Source: Paraspadella gotoi
Taxonomy: Eukaryota > Animalia > Chaetognatha
Direction of reading: 5' to 3'
Length of the DNA: 64,000 nt
Assembly (NCBI GenBank): GCA_051294375.1
Contig: CM119266.1
Span: forward strand, 13,270,735 to 13,334,734
Position 1 is the first letter of the stretch; every line of letters begins with the position of its first letter. Position numbers and translations under genes: made by a program. The notes beneath the pieces are model-generated. The model searched no databases. It worked only from the letters and a program-made list of their open reading frames with translations, and was not told the origin of the DNA. Shown one piece after another: positions 36,401-56,058 of this stretch.

Positions 36401-39400
36401 TCGGTTTTGTCGCCGGCGGGCAAGATTTCCAAGTCTGGTTTTAACGCGCATGCGTCGATGATGGTATCGTATCTCGCTCGGTTCATTTCTCCGCCGAATA
36501 AAATGTTTTTTTTTACAGTTTCGTTTCGAATCCAGGGTTGCTGAGAGACGTAGGCGATTTTTTCCGGAACGACGACGTCGCCGCTCACTCTGACCATTTC
36601 TCCCAAGATGGCTTTGAGCAGAGCGGATTTTCCGGCGCCGACCCGACCGACGATCGCTAACATCTCCCCGGATCTCAATTCGAAGCTCAAGTTTTTAAGA
36701 AAAGGGTCCTCCCCTGTTCTCCAAGCAAAAGACCCTTCGACGACTTTCACGCCTCCGCCGATCGACGAGGAGACGTCGTTCGGTCGAATCTCTTCGCTGG
36801 CGATGAAAGCGTCGATCCTTCGACAGGAGACGTACATTTGCACAGTGAGAAGAAGACTTTGAGGCAGAATCCACAGTGGAATTCGAATCGAGTTGAGGAT
36901 GGCGAGAGAGACGAAAGCCTTCTCCGCCGTGAGGACATTGTCGGTAGAGGATAAGACAAAGGCGGCGAAGGAGACTATGGAGATAAAAATGGGAGAGGAA
37001 TTGAAGACGAAATTGAGAAAACCCTCGACCAACATTTTCTTTTTAAACATCTCAGTCTCTTTCCATCTGATTCTCGCCACTCTGTCCATGAAGGATTCCT
37101 CCCACGCATAGAGTTTGATGACCTTGATGCCGTTGAGGATTTCCGCCATCGTCTTCACCCTCTCGTCTTTCAACATCATGAATTTCTCCTGCAATCTTTT
37201 CGAGACCCAGCAGAGGAGAGCGTTGAGTGGCACGAGCAACGCGAAGCAGCCGACGCCGGCGAAGGCGGCGACGCCGATTTGCGAGTGAAGAATCATCACG
37301 GCGAGAATTAGGTGAATTGGCATGCAGAGACCCGCCGTGAACAATTGGAGAGCATCGAAGAAAGTCCGCGCGTCGACGCTCATGAGGTTCATGATCTCGC
37401 CGACGGTGGACGACTGCCGCGCCCCCGCCGACACCGCCAGACTTTTTTCAAAGATGGCGACGCTGACGCTGGTGCGGATAGCGAGACCCAAGACGTTGTT
37501 TTGAAACCAGAAAAAGTTGTGGACGAAGGAATGAAAGATTCCGAGGAAAAAGAGGACAGCGACGTAGAGCAGTCCCTTCCAACGCCATTCTCGTTGAAGA
37601 GGATCGTCCGGGATCGTTTCTAGCGGACGATGCGAAGCGTGATTGATCAAGGCGCTGAGGGCGAGAGGTTTCGCGAGTTCGATAAGTACGAACAAAAGTC
37701 TGAGGACGAGGACGAAGAGAAATGAGAAAGCGTGGCACTTCCATAAAACTTTGATCAGTAACGGGCGAGGTCTTTGTGTATCCTGTTTTTTATTTTCTCC
37801 TTCTTTTTTGTCTTTCGTTCCGTAGTCTTTCAAAGTTTTCATTTTGAAAACGTCTTTTGTTTTTTCTCGTTCTGAATCGGAATTTTTAAAATAGTCGGTT
37901 TCAATAGCGCCCTCGCATTTTTCATAGAATTTCCGCATTAGGTGATCGATTTTCATTTCCCGCGGAAGCTCGTACAGATCCTCCATGGTAAGAGCCTTCT
38001 TGAAGCCTTTCCACAGCAAAGGCGAGATCCAGGAGAGAGTCCATCTCGACGGAGCGCTGGCCATATCGAAAGGTGACCCGGGACGCTGCCCGCTCTTGCC
38101 GAGGTTTAACGACAAAGACAACAGCGACGCCGTCGTCGTCAAGGCAACGGTGCCGAGCATCTCGGTCTCCAGTTCTTCGTGAAAAAAAGCTAGGTCGCCC
38201 GCCGCGGCTCTGACGTGATGCTGCAGCCTGAGAAGATGGCAGGGAAAGTGCAGCAGCCAGAAGAAGAAGACTACGGAGGAAGAGGCGATGGTGTCGTCGA
38301 ATCTCGAGACGCTCGTCAAGAAGCCGACGAGGACGAGCGCGACCAGGAGCATCGCTCGATCCAACACCGGCGCCGTGGAGGCGAAGAAACTCGGCGGCGT
38401 CGACAAGGGGGCGACGCCCAATCGCGCCGCGGCGATCATTCTTAATTCGAACAGAGTAGAGAAGACGACGACGATTATACATAATTGTTTGATGCGGTGG
38501 AGAGTAAAACCTGGAAGAGATCGATTGCGGAATTAAATCTGATTGATGTGATTGCTTAATTTTATTGATTATTTGAAATAAAAAATTTAAAAAATCTTGA
38601 GCTGACAAATATAAAAATAATTATTAAACTGAATAATAAAACAAACAAATAAATACATAAACAAATAAATACATAGACAAATAAACAAACAAACAAATAA
38701 ATAAAACCAAGACATCTCCATCTCTCACCTTCTGCTTTCGCTCTCCTGCTTCGCCTCCATATTTTCGGCCACGCTCTAACGTCGCATCGAATGGCAACGG
38801 CGACGAGCAGATAAAGAGACGGGACCAAAGACGAGACGACGTCTTGAAAGCAAAGGCTTACATCCGGGTCCGCGGAGTTCCACGAGATTTCTGAATTCCA
38901 AAACGGAGACTCGCCGCAGAATCCGTTCGAGCGGACTTCTTCGTCTTGAGTCCGAGCCGCGTTCATCGTCGTGATCTTTTGTTTTAATTTTGTTTTTTTT
39001 TCTTTTTTTTTTTCTTTTTGAGCAACGTCTTTTGGGCCGAACTTAGTTTGGCGAAATGTTTTGGTTATATGATAACATCCTAATCTCTAACACTGACAAA
39101 AAATATTTGACATTAAATTTTATTTAATATTGAAATAAATAAAATATTTAATACCAAAGAAACTGTGTCAGCATCATAAAAAATGTCATAAAAATGTCGT
39201 AAAAATGTCATAAAAAACTTGTCATGTAATTATCTTGTAAGAGTGATGGAGGCCTTAAACCACTAAAGCTAGTGCAAATTCAGGGGCAAGATAGCTTATT
39301 TATTAAATGAATGGATATTTTTTATATTGGTTGTACCAATTTCATAAAAAAATTGAAATTGGTGTAAAAAATATAAAATATATATTAACAAATTTGTTCT

Positions 39401-39600
39401 TGCAATTTCTCAGGATCCTTCCAGAACGTTGAGCACGTTCTCCTGGTTGGCGTTTGCGGCGGCGTCCCCCATTACACAGACTACACTCAACATCCTCGAC
39501 TGGGCGACGTCATAGTTTCCACTCCTGTCACGGACAGGTGCATATTTGTTATTTATAAAATAATATTTAGAAGGGAAAGAGACAAAGAGAAAAAGAGAGG

Positions 39601-39654
<54 letters not shown>

Positions 39655-41557
39655 ACGAGCAACACCACGACAATGGCCATTGGCCAAATATTCGTTCGCA
39701 GGAAATACGTGTACGCATATTGCGAGGACTGCACGAAAGATTTGGACCAAAAGACAACGACGTACACGATTCGTACTTGGAGTCCGTCGGACTTCGTGCT
39801 GCAAAATATCGTTCGCCGTTTGGGACGTGAGTTTGATTTTAAAAAATGAGTTTTTTCAAAATGGCTTTGAGTTTAACAAACAAATTTCTCGCGAACAAAG
39901 CGATTTTTATTTTTAAAAAAATAATCATTATGTATATACTCTCTTTTCGTTGTTTTTGAGCACTGATGAAGGCTCTAACTGACTGAGCCGAAACATGTCT
40001 GGCTATTAATGTCAAAAAATCGTTGTCAAACCAAAACTGTTTTTCTCTTAAAAAAAATAATCGAAATATTTAAAATTCATTATTTTTTTTCTTCAAATTT
40101 GATTAATTTACCGCTGTCTCAAAATAAATTGTTACTTTAAAACTTTAAAACGATAGATAACAAAATATAGCAATACGTGTATTAATTAAAATGTATATTT
40201 TAATTTAAAAAAAGTGAAAAAAAGTTTATGTTGAGTTTTCAAGTTTTAAGAACAATTTTTGTCAAATTTTATCTCTTCTCGGAAAAAAAAGAAAGGGAGG
40301 AGGCAGATACAAAACCTTTCTCTTACAAGTTAAAGGAGGAATCTGTCTAAAAACCTGTTTTCATTCATGATCCAAAACGAAGGTCCGTAACCTGGAAGAT
40401 AATTATTTCTAGGAAGCTGGTTGGAAAAAGTTATTGAAGAAGCTATTCACTCGGTGTTTCGAACGTTTAGTTTATTTGTACTTATTTGGAATCGATAAAA
40501 GTAAAACTTTCTAACGAGAGCTGCTGTCATTATTATGTACATTTGATTCTAAGCTGAATCCAATGATCCTTTTGTCTCCAAGAGACGAAATTTAATCGTT
40601 TTCAGGATATTTATTTTTTCTTTTATAGACCAAAATGCAAATAAAAAAATAGGCCAAATAAAGCTTAAATGTTATCAGCTATAAGTTATAAGTAAAGCAA
40701 AGAAATATTTGAATATAAATTAAAAAAAAGGAAAAGTTAAGAGAAAATAAGAAGAAAGAGAGAACTATTGAACAATGGGGAAATTACTATCTTATAGACT
40801 TATACTATAATAACAGTGGGAAGAAGTATACTCGAAATATGAAAAAATGAAAACGGCCGCTTATCTCAAAACGATAAAACAATGAGCGAATAAATGAATG
40901 AGAGATTGAATAATGAATGAATGAATCGATGAATGTATGAACGAAGAATCACCTCAATCCTTCTTTTTTCTTCCTCAGGAGAATCGGGACGATCTGAGTC
41001 CTCCTGGCGACGCTATGCTCGAGAGGGACGCGAGACTTTGACTTCCGGCAACGATGCCTTCGTTCGTCCGGCGCCGGAAGCCGATAAACTTTATATGGGC
41101 ATTGGTGGCGGGGCCGTCATTCAAGTCAAGCATCCGGGTAAAGGAATCAATCAAAATATCGAATTAACAAATGCGCCAAACAATCAAATTAAAACAGAGT
41201 CAATCACGCAAACAATGGAAACACTAAAATAAATTTAATCTATCCAATAAATCTAATAATGCAAGTAAAGCAATCGAGTTAATCGAATCAATCTAGTATT
41301 CCTCTGTCCAACCGAACCAATCAACTATATGTAAATCAATCAAATAAAACCAATCATACAAAGCCTACTATTTTGCTTGTAACTCCGAGACTCCTCTTCC
41401 CCCAGAACCACCCGCGGACACGCCCCCTTCTCCTTCTCCCGCCGTCCGCTTCGGTGCCATCGGATCCGGACGCGTCGTTGCCGAGGAAGACGCCGTCCGG
41501 CAAGACTTCGCCAACAGATACGGAATCATCGCCATGGACATGGAGTTCGATACGGTG

Positions 41558-41648
<91 letters not shown>

Positions 41649-42056
41649 AGTCATGACTCTCTCTAATTTTTCTCTCTTTCTCTTTTTTCTTTTTCTTTTA
41701 TTCACTCAATTATTTTCTCTCTTTCTCTCAAGCTCACCAACTCGAATTTTCGTAGTCATAATAATTACATAAACATCATGATTATATTCATTAATTATAA
41801 AATAAAAAAAAATAAAAATAGTCCGTAATAAATCTTCGTGAAAAACTAGTCGTCATTTAATAAGACCAATCAACCAACGAACCGCTCTCAGGTGTTGGAG
41901 TCGATCTACGGTTCGCGCATCAACAGTTTCCTTTTCGTCCGCGGCGTCGCAGACTACGCCGACGGGACGCGGGCAAAGGAATGGAAGAACTACGCCGCTC
42001 TCAACGCCGCCGCCTTCATGAAGGCCGTCGTCGAGAAGATCCCCGGCGCCGGATAG
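11278..42056 (+). CDS. Nucleoside phosphorylase (PNP_UDP_1/Pfs-type) domain protein with an N-terminal region and a winged-helix-like segment
   Basis: Exons 11278..11443 and 11808..12020 (noisy copies near 19.6 and 20.2 kb), 20601..20713, 21071..21244, 21309..21385, ~21865..22006, 22637..22762, 39414..39537, 39702..39826, 40979..41137, 41406..41554, 41892..42056. Motifs [33 protein letters not shown]|[55 protein letters not shown]. The 21385/21863-21865 junction needs the GAG acceptor. Confidence 0.88.
12235..12259. other. Assembly gap (25 N) at the junction of the 8.2 kb duplication; other gaps of 10 N at 23368..23377, 51454..51463, 61147..61156
   Basis: N runs in the sequence. Confidence 0.99.
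12274..13066 (+). pseudogene. Frameshifted copy of the last two CD225/dispanin exons
   Basis: Matches 4032..4844 with many indels; probably not a real pseudogene. Confidence 0.6.
15003..15858 (+). pseudogene. Frameshifted copy of CFAP107
   Basis: Fragments such as [13 protein letters not shown] and [11 protein letters not shown] survive in shifting frames. Confidence 0.65.
16543..17882 (-). pseudogene. Frameshifted copy of the GalT/HIT-like gene
   Basis: Fragments [36 protein letters not shown] and [17 protein letters not shown] in different frames. Confidence 0.65.
23036..24384 (-). CDS. Calmodulin-like EF-hand protein (~176 aa), nested in the PNP-gene intron
   Basis: Phase-consistent exons 24384..24317, 24114..23949, 23550..23416, 23197..23036; four EF loops [48 protein letters not shown]; linker MMARKMK. 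Confidence 0.92.
24656..24766. repeat. ~110 bp near-perfect palindrome (foldback/MITE-like)
   Basis: Arm gttaaagattacacacgggagtaca..aatatttttt..taatgacca pairs with tggtcatta..aaaaaatat..tgtactcccatgtgtaatctttaac. Confidence 0.85.
25018..26013 (-). CDS. Uncharacterised highly charged R/E/K/D-rich protein (331 aa ORF, possibly a terminal exon starting near 26093)
   Basis: Long GC-rich ORF with exon-like composition; frame stays open up to a ttttaag acceptor near 26094; no domain recognised. Confidence 0.55.
   Translation of the reverse strand: MKESKEKGDEEKDDDEEKRATRGRGLKRGDDANVNDANVNDADDSNVNRKPYSSSDEDREGSAPIDWTTTRQAERRARPKRETRDASRDSRRRRGGSRRREKSADSDGAVGDENDVKKWRRLVRKLSGRLGHSGAAGRDEDLDGRDAGGRRRDLEADAGRWSELKRKVSDKFGVAGGGGEGGEIGGRRRERRRRQSYDDEDDRSVHRYDVDGRRGNLNDNRARSWTPERKRGNKKGKRGQRKEESKNWSLSNKRETDSENRSEPEEGGNMAFEEKRLMRREANKKKKEEEEKRKKKEKREREREEREKKEQEPSGPFVMPFIAHTEDWVPM
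26319..26635. mobile_element. Degenerate MITE-like element, related to 32288..32634
   Basis: Ends tagtact..aaaattttaaaat / attttgaaatttt..agtacta; internal inverted pairs gcagattt..tcgtca / tgacga..aaatctgc and ctttcattaagt / acttaatgaaag. Confidence 0.55.
27481..27715 (-). mobile_element. tRNA(Gly)-like SINE-type repeat, copy 1
   Basis: Reverse complement matches 60028..60243 over ~200 bp. Confidence 0.75.
27923..33763 (-). CDS. ~1396 aa largely disordered protein with a single N-terminal C2H2 zinc finger, nested in the PNP-gene intron
   Basis: Exons 33763..33626 ([24 protein letters not shown]), 33510..32752, 32159..29053, 28109..27923; all three GT-AG junctions are phase consistent (0,0,2) and unite four separate ORF-track entries. 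Confidence 0.75.
28552..28725. repeat. ~170 bp AT-rich palindrome with degenerate hammerhead-like cores on both arms
   Basis: tagcaaaaacaga..aacaattttta..tatgtttcgact..tcttca pairs with tgaaga..agtcgaaacata..taaaaattgtt..tctgttttagcta. Confidence 0.7.
32288..32634. mobile_element. MITE-like element with ~35 bp terminal inverted repeats inside an intron of the C2H2 gene
   Basis: tatagtaatatccttataaaatcataaattttta ... taaaaattttatgattttagaaggatattactata. Confidence 0.75.
34177..38966 (-). CDS. ABC transporter subfamily C, long MRP/ABCC1-like (~1523 aa, only one intron), nested in the PNP-gene intron
   Basis: Exons 38966..38729 ([22 protein letters not shown], the TMD0 start of long MRPs) and 38510..34177. 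NBD1 [29 protein letters not shown]; NBD2 [27 protein letters not shown]. Confidence 0.95.
39956..40006 (+). ncRNA. Minimal type I hammerhead ribozyme motif (Penelope-like element type)
   Basis: CTGATGA-a-GGCTC-taactgact-GAGCC-GAAAC-at-GTC: catalytic core, 5 bp helix II and palindromic ACATGT helix III; helix I imperfect. Confidence 0.6.
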
Positions 42057-43011
42057 ATAGCCGGCATTCGATTTCGGCGCCGAATAAGGACAAAGTTCGT
42101 CTCTCGATCTCGCGAGAAATCGCGTTAGAAATATTCGATTCTCGACATTTAAACGACGATGGCGAAGCGATGATATCAGAGTTTAAATTTATTTTGATTA
42201 TTTTACAATAGTGGGGTCTATTCATTGGTGATTGTGATTGTGATTTTTGTTTTGCCTAATAATTAATTAAATAACTAACCGAATATTGTTAAAAATAAAA
42301 CGTCTGCATGACTCAAATGCCTCATTTCACGAAACTTTAGATAAAACAAAGTTTCGCTTCGATTTTTTTTTGTGAAAGCTTTAATTGAAATTTTCATTGC
42401 ATTTCTTTACATATATATATATGACTTTGTTATAATGTTATAATGTTATATAAGGAATAAAAGTGATCTCAAATAACCATCGACGAATATTATAAAACTC
42501 TCACCGACTTAATTTGTCAGTGAGACAAGATTACATTTTCGTATTTAGTATATGGCGTCAGAAAACCATAAGCTAAGGTCGAGGAGTATAAAAGCAGTGT
42601 GGGAGTGAAAATTTGAAATTCTAATAATTAATATATTAACAAAATTAACAATAATACAACAAAATAAAAGACCTATAGATTATAGAATACTGCTCTTTTG
42701 TTCCTCCCTCCGCTACGTTGTTGGCCCTCTGTCGACGGTAGCATTTGTTTTTCTCGAATTCGGTCCCGAGGCCGAGTTGGTATCGATGTTGCTCTGCCGT
42801 CCGTGACGTCACATCCAGTGAAGGCTGCGGCTTCGCAGCTGCTGGCCCCTGGTCGCTGCCCCCGCGGCGCGCTCCTTCCTCGCCTTCCTCCTCCTCTCCC
42901 TCTTCTCTGTCTCCCGCGTCTTCCTCCTCTCGCCTCCTCCTCCTCCTCCCCTCCCTTAATGCCACTAGAACTGATTTTGGAGTGCGGAGAGAGAAAGTAC
43001 AGCTCTAGAGA

Positions 43012-44530
<1,519 letters not shown>

Positions 44531-45467
44531 TTTTTCCCCGACCCGACACGAAATGTTTTTCTTTTTGATTTTCAGTGTCCCCGCCCCACGTGCCGACTTC
44601 GCCGAAGATGGCGCCTCCGATCTAAAAATTAACCAGACAACCGCGCCCACTTCCGGCGACGACGACGACGCCTCCCTCGGCGTCCGATGGCCGTCGACCG
44701 AATCCAGATCGACGCGGATTCTCGAAGCACCAGCAGCAGCAGTATCAGCACCGAGGGACGCAGCGTCGACTCGGGCGACCTTGTCGACGTCCGAATTCTC
44801 CGCAACAACAACATTGACGACGGTGTCCGCGCCATCTCGTCGACGAAGGCATCGTCGTCGACGTCTCTTCCGCGAAAGCCGCGCCCGCGCAACACCTCGC
44901 GAAAAAAAAGGAATTCCCCCGGCGGCGGCGTCTCGTTTCCGCCCAAAGCGCCGGAAAACGGAAGCGTGATCTCCAGTCGATCCCCGGTTGGCGGAATCGC
45001 CGGTCGATCTTTGGCTTCGTCGATCTTTGTTAAGCAAAAATAAAAGGAAAAAAAAATCGAAACAAAAAAGTGTCAAGCAACGACGCCTTCACTCGTTCAT
45101 CTGACAAATCTCCGAACGCCATCTCGACGTCCGAAACCGGAAACGCGGACGAAGACGCGTCTCTCCCGGTCTCCTCTTTTACTCTGCTCGTCGGGCGAAA
45201 CGCGACGCCGGAAAAAAAAACGAAGCTTTTCTCCTCTTCCTTACTTTAACCTCACCGCCGCCGTCACCAACTAACTCACCTTCCATCGCTCGTTTATTAC
45301 GGGTGGTGAGGGTTCGCGCAACTAGTCCCGCCCCTTCGCCTGCGGAGCGCGCCTCCGTCGTAATTTCTTACATCCCGCTCCCTCTCCCTCTCTCTCTCTC
45401 AAACCTTCACTTCGGGTCGTCGGTGGAATCTCATGACCTCATGTCGTGCGGAAGGTTCTTTGGAAGC

Positions 45468-52714
<7,247 letters not shown>

Positions 52715-55700
52715 CATCCGCCCTCGAGGGAATCGCCTCGGTTCGACCGAACCATTCTCCTCTCTCTTTCTTTCCATCTTTCTGACCTTTTCTTTTCTTT
52801 TTTCCTTTCTTTTTCTTACCTTACAATTTGAGGCTCTTTTCTTTCTCCCTTTCTTGCAAAGTGACTCTCTCTCTCTCTCTTTCTCACTCTCACTCTCTCT
52901 CTCTCTCTGTCTCTCTCTCTCTCTCTCGTCCAAGGTACAATCTCGAGGCATCTCTTGACGTTGTTGAAAATATACGCTAATAGCTGTTCGTTAAACACAA
53001 AGAAAAAACGACGACAGAAAAAAAAACCCATTTGCACACACGCCATTTAGTACAATCTACAATTTACCATCACCCCTTTTTCTTACTCGAGGATTTATCT
53101 TCTTTTTTTTCCATTATCGGGCGAATTTCCTCTTTCTTGTTCTAGTCGTTCGCAATTTGCGATCATAATCCATCGAAACTACCTTATTTAATAAAACAGT
53201 GTACAAACGCGCGGGAAGAAAAATAATAGAGACGCTCAGTCATTAAAATTGCGTCTTCTGTATCTTGAAAAAAAGAATTATTTCGCGCCTATTGCAAAAA
53301 ATATTGATAAATTTTAGCAGTAGTTGAAAATTTTTTAAAAAGTCCTTGGAAGAGGAACATTTTAGCGGAGAATCATGGCTGATCTTTTCCCAATCTCGAG
53401 CTCTATCAAGTTCTCGTTTTAGCGAATTCTCGATGAGTTTTTCTCGTTGTGACCGAAACAATCGCTCGACTTCTCGGTTTAACGAGAGAACCTTTGCGGT
53501 TTTCGTTCATCTTTGACACTAATGTTTTTAACCAGTGTTCATTTGTTTTGTTTTACCTTGTTTTGTTTTAAAAGCGGTCTCCTCTCTCGCTTGTTTCCCC
53601 CACCCTAAAAAAAAATTAGGTTAAAATGAAACGTTAGGTTTATTTTATCATATGATATTACAATCCATATATAAAAGAAAGCTTAAAAAATGGTGTAGAT
53701 CTACTTCTTCCAGACCTCTTTCGTTTAGCCCTTGTCCAACCATGCATAATTCTTATATATCTATACAAATGAGCCGATTGAATTGGTTTAATTATTGAAT
53801 ATTGTTCGAACGAATCTTTCGCAAAAACAGTATTAATTTAGATTTCGGAGGCTCTCCGTTCTGATTGTTGAGAAAATATATGTTATTTATCTTTCGGAAG
53901 GATGGCTTTGATTCGCGCGAAATGTGCCTTAAAAATTTTAGTCACAATATCGTTTATTTTTTCCCCCGATGGCCGTTTACAATCTTGCCACTTTAGAACT
54001 TAATTTGGTATTTTCAAGATATCTTGGTTGGGATAAATTGCGGAAATTACGGGCCAACTAAAGTTAAAAGTTTATACATAAAGGTAGAAAATATTCGGCA
54101 TATATTTTATTTTAAAACTTAGAACCCATTTTGATGGCAAAATAGTTAAAATCTTATCTATTCACTACTAAAGTACTACCGTCATAAGCGTCATTCGAAA
54201 AAGCTAATGGGAGATGTTACAATTTAATAGCCTAAAACGTGCTTTCCTATGCCGATTCAGTTTCCAAAAAATTAAAATTAAGGAAAGATATAGTAAACTA
54301 TTTATATATTTTTATAGAAATTTCTAATCACTTACGTAATCGCGCAATTGAAATCATAGTAAACAATTTCAGCATTACCATCAAATTGAGAAACCCTTTC
54401 TCCTACACATTTTTTTCCCGTAAAACTTTTTATCCATTCCGTTTAACTTTTTTTAAGTATGAAACATTTTCACATCATCGAATTCGAGTGAGCGTCATCT
54501 CACTTTCGATCGTCAACTCCAATACGATTGGCTTTTGCATGAGTATTTGATATCCAAACTTGGCTGTTTAGTGTTGTAAATGATTGTCATACATCTCGAC
54601 CCTTGGCCAATGGTTTAAACGATTACACACTGTCCCTGAATTCCATTTCTGGATGAGATTTTTAGGTCACTCTTCAATACCAAGGCAACCACAGTTAAAC
54701 TTGCTACCGCATCAAGTGAAATACGCCCTTTCACGTTCTTCTCTCTCCCCCCTCCCCTTTTTTTTTCTCTCTCTCTCCAGTGCAAATGACGTGTACAGTA
54801 TTTCCGTTGCACAAACCGGTATCGCTGTAAATTAATATTTTTTTTTCATTATGGTTCTAGGGAATGGACCGTAATTCTATGATAAGTTATAGTTGCTTAC
54901 TTATTTTAACGTGATTGTGATAATTCATTAATTGACGCTACATAGACAACAGAGCTGCCCCGCTCTTCTGTTTTTTTTTCTCTGCCCCCCCCCCATTCCC
55001 CAAATTATTCTATTAATTCCGAGCAAATAGGAAATTAATTTTTTTTTCTTTCATTTAACAAACAGTAATGCCATCCAACCCTCGTTCATAAGCCGGGGCA
55101 CCTATCTTGTCTTGCATTTCGAACTGTAACATATTTCTTATAGTAGATTAGCGTATTATTATGGTAAGATTTGTAAAGCTAATGCGGATGAGGAGGAATC
55201 CACTTTAATTTATCCCATCGTTTGTATTTTTTTATTTAAAATTTTTGGAGATTGAAAATTATTAGCAATAAAAAAATATTTTAAGTTTAACTATTTTCTT
55301 TGCACAAAACGAAAGCATACGAAGATTCTTCCCTCTCGCATTTTGCTTTTTTTGTTTTCCCACATAGGTAAGGTATACTTCGTTTTTACGTTCTACCACC
55401 AGAGGCCACAGTCGATGTTTACCCGAAAAGTTAATGTAACCCAGCTTAATACTATTAAGTGTAATGATAAATCCAAGTTTAGAGACCTAAATTCGACGGC
55501 ACGAAGTTTTTTTTTCTGTTTTTTTTATTTTTTAAATTTTTTTTCATATTTTTCGATTCAACCTTATCACGGATTTTCAGATAATTTTTCTTTTTTTTTT
55601 ACCTTTACAAAATTTCTTTTCGTTTCAACGTTTTAACGCATAAGATTCTTTCTGCAATATTGTGGTGTTACGCTTTATTTGTCTCTTAATGATATTTTTT

Positions 55701-56058
55701 TTTCAATTAAAAAGAAAAATTCGTTAATAATTGTTAAATAAAAGCGGGAACTCTCTCGGCGGACTTGTCCTGTAATAAATACAGTCCAATGACGGTATAA
55801 TTCGTCCGGAATTTTATCTACGTACATGACGGAGAAAAAAAACAAACTTTGGTCTACTAGCTAGCTAGAAGATTTAATCGAAGATAGATCTCACCAAACT
55901 TTCAAATGATAATGCATAAAATTTTTAAAAAAATAGATAAGCTGAAACGTTTAAAAATTGTATAAAAATATCTATTTAAAGAGGATCTCTCTCGAGTCGA
56001 GAGTCTCGACAGTTGTCGGGTCAATTGTTATTCATCGGACGCAAGAAGAAAAAAAAAA

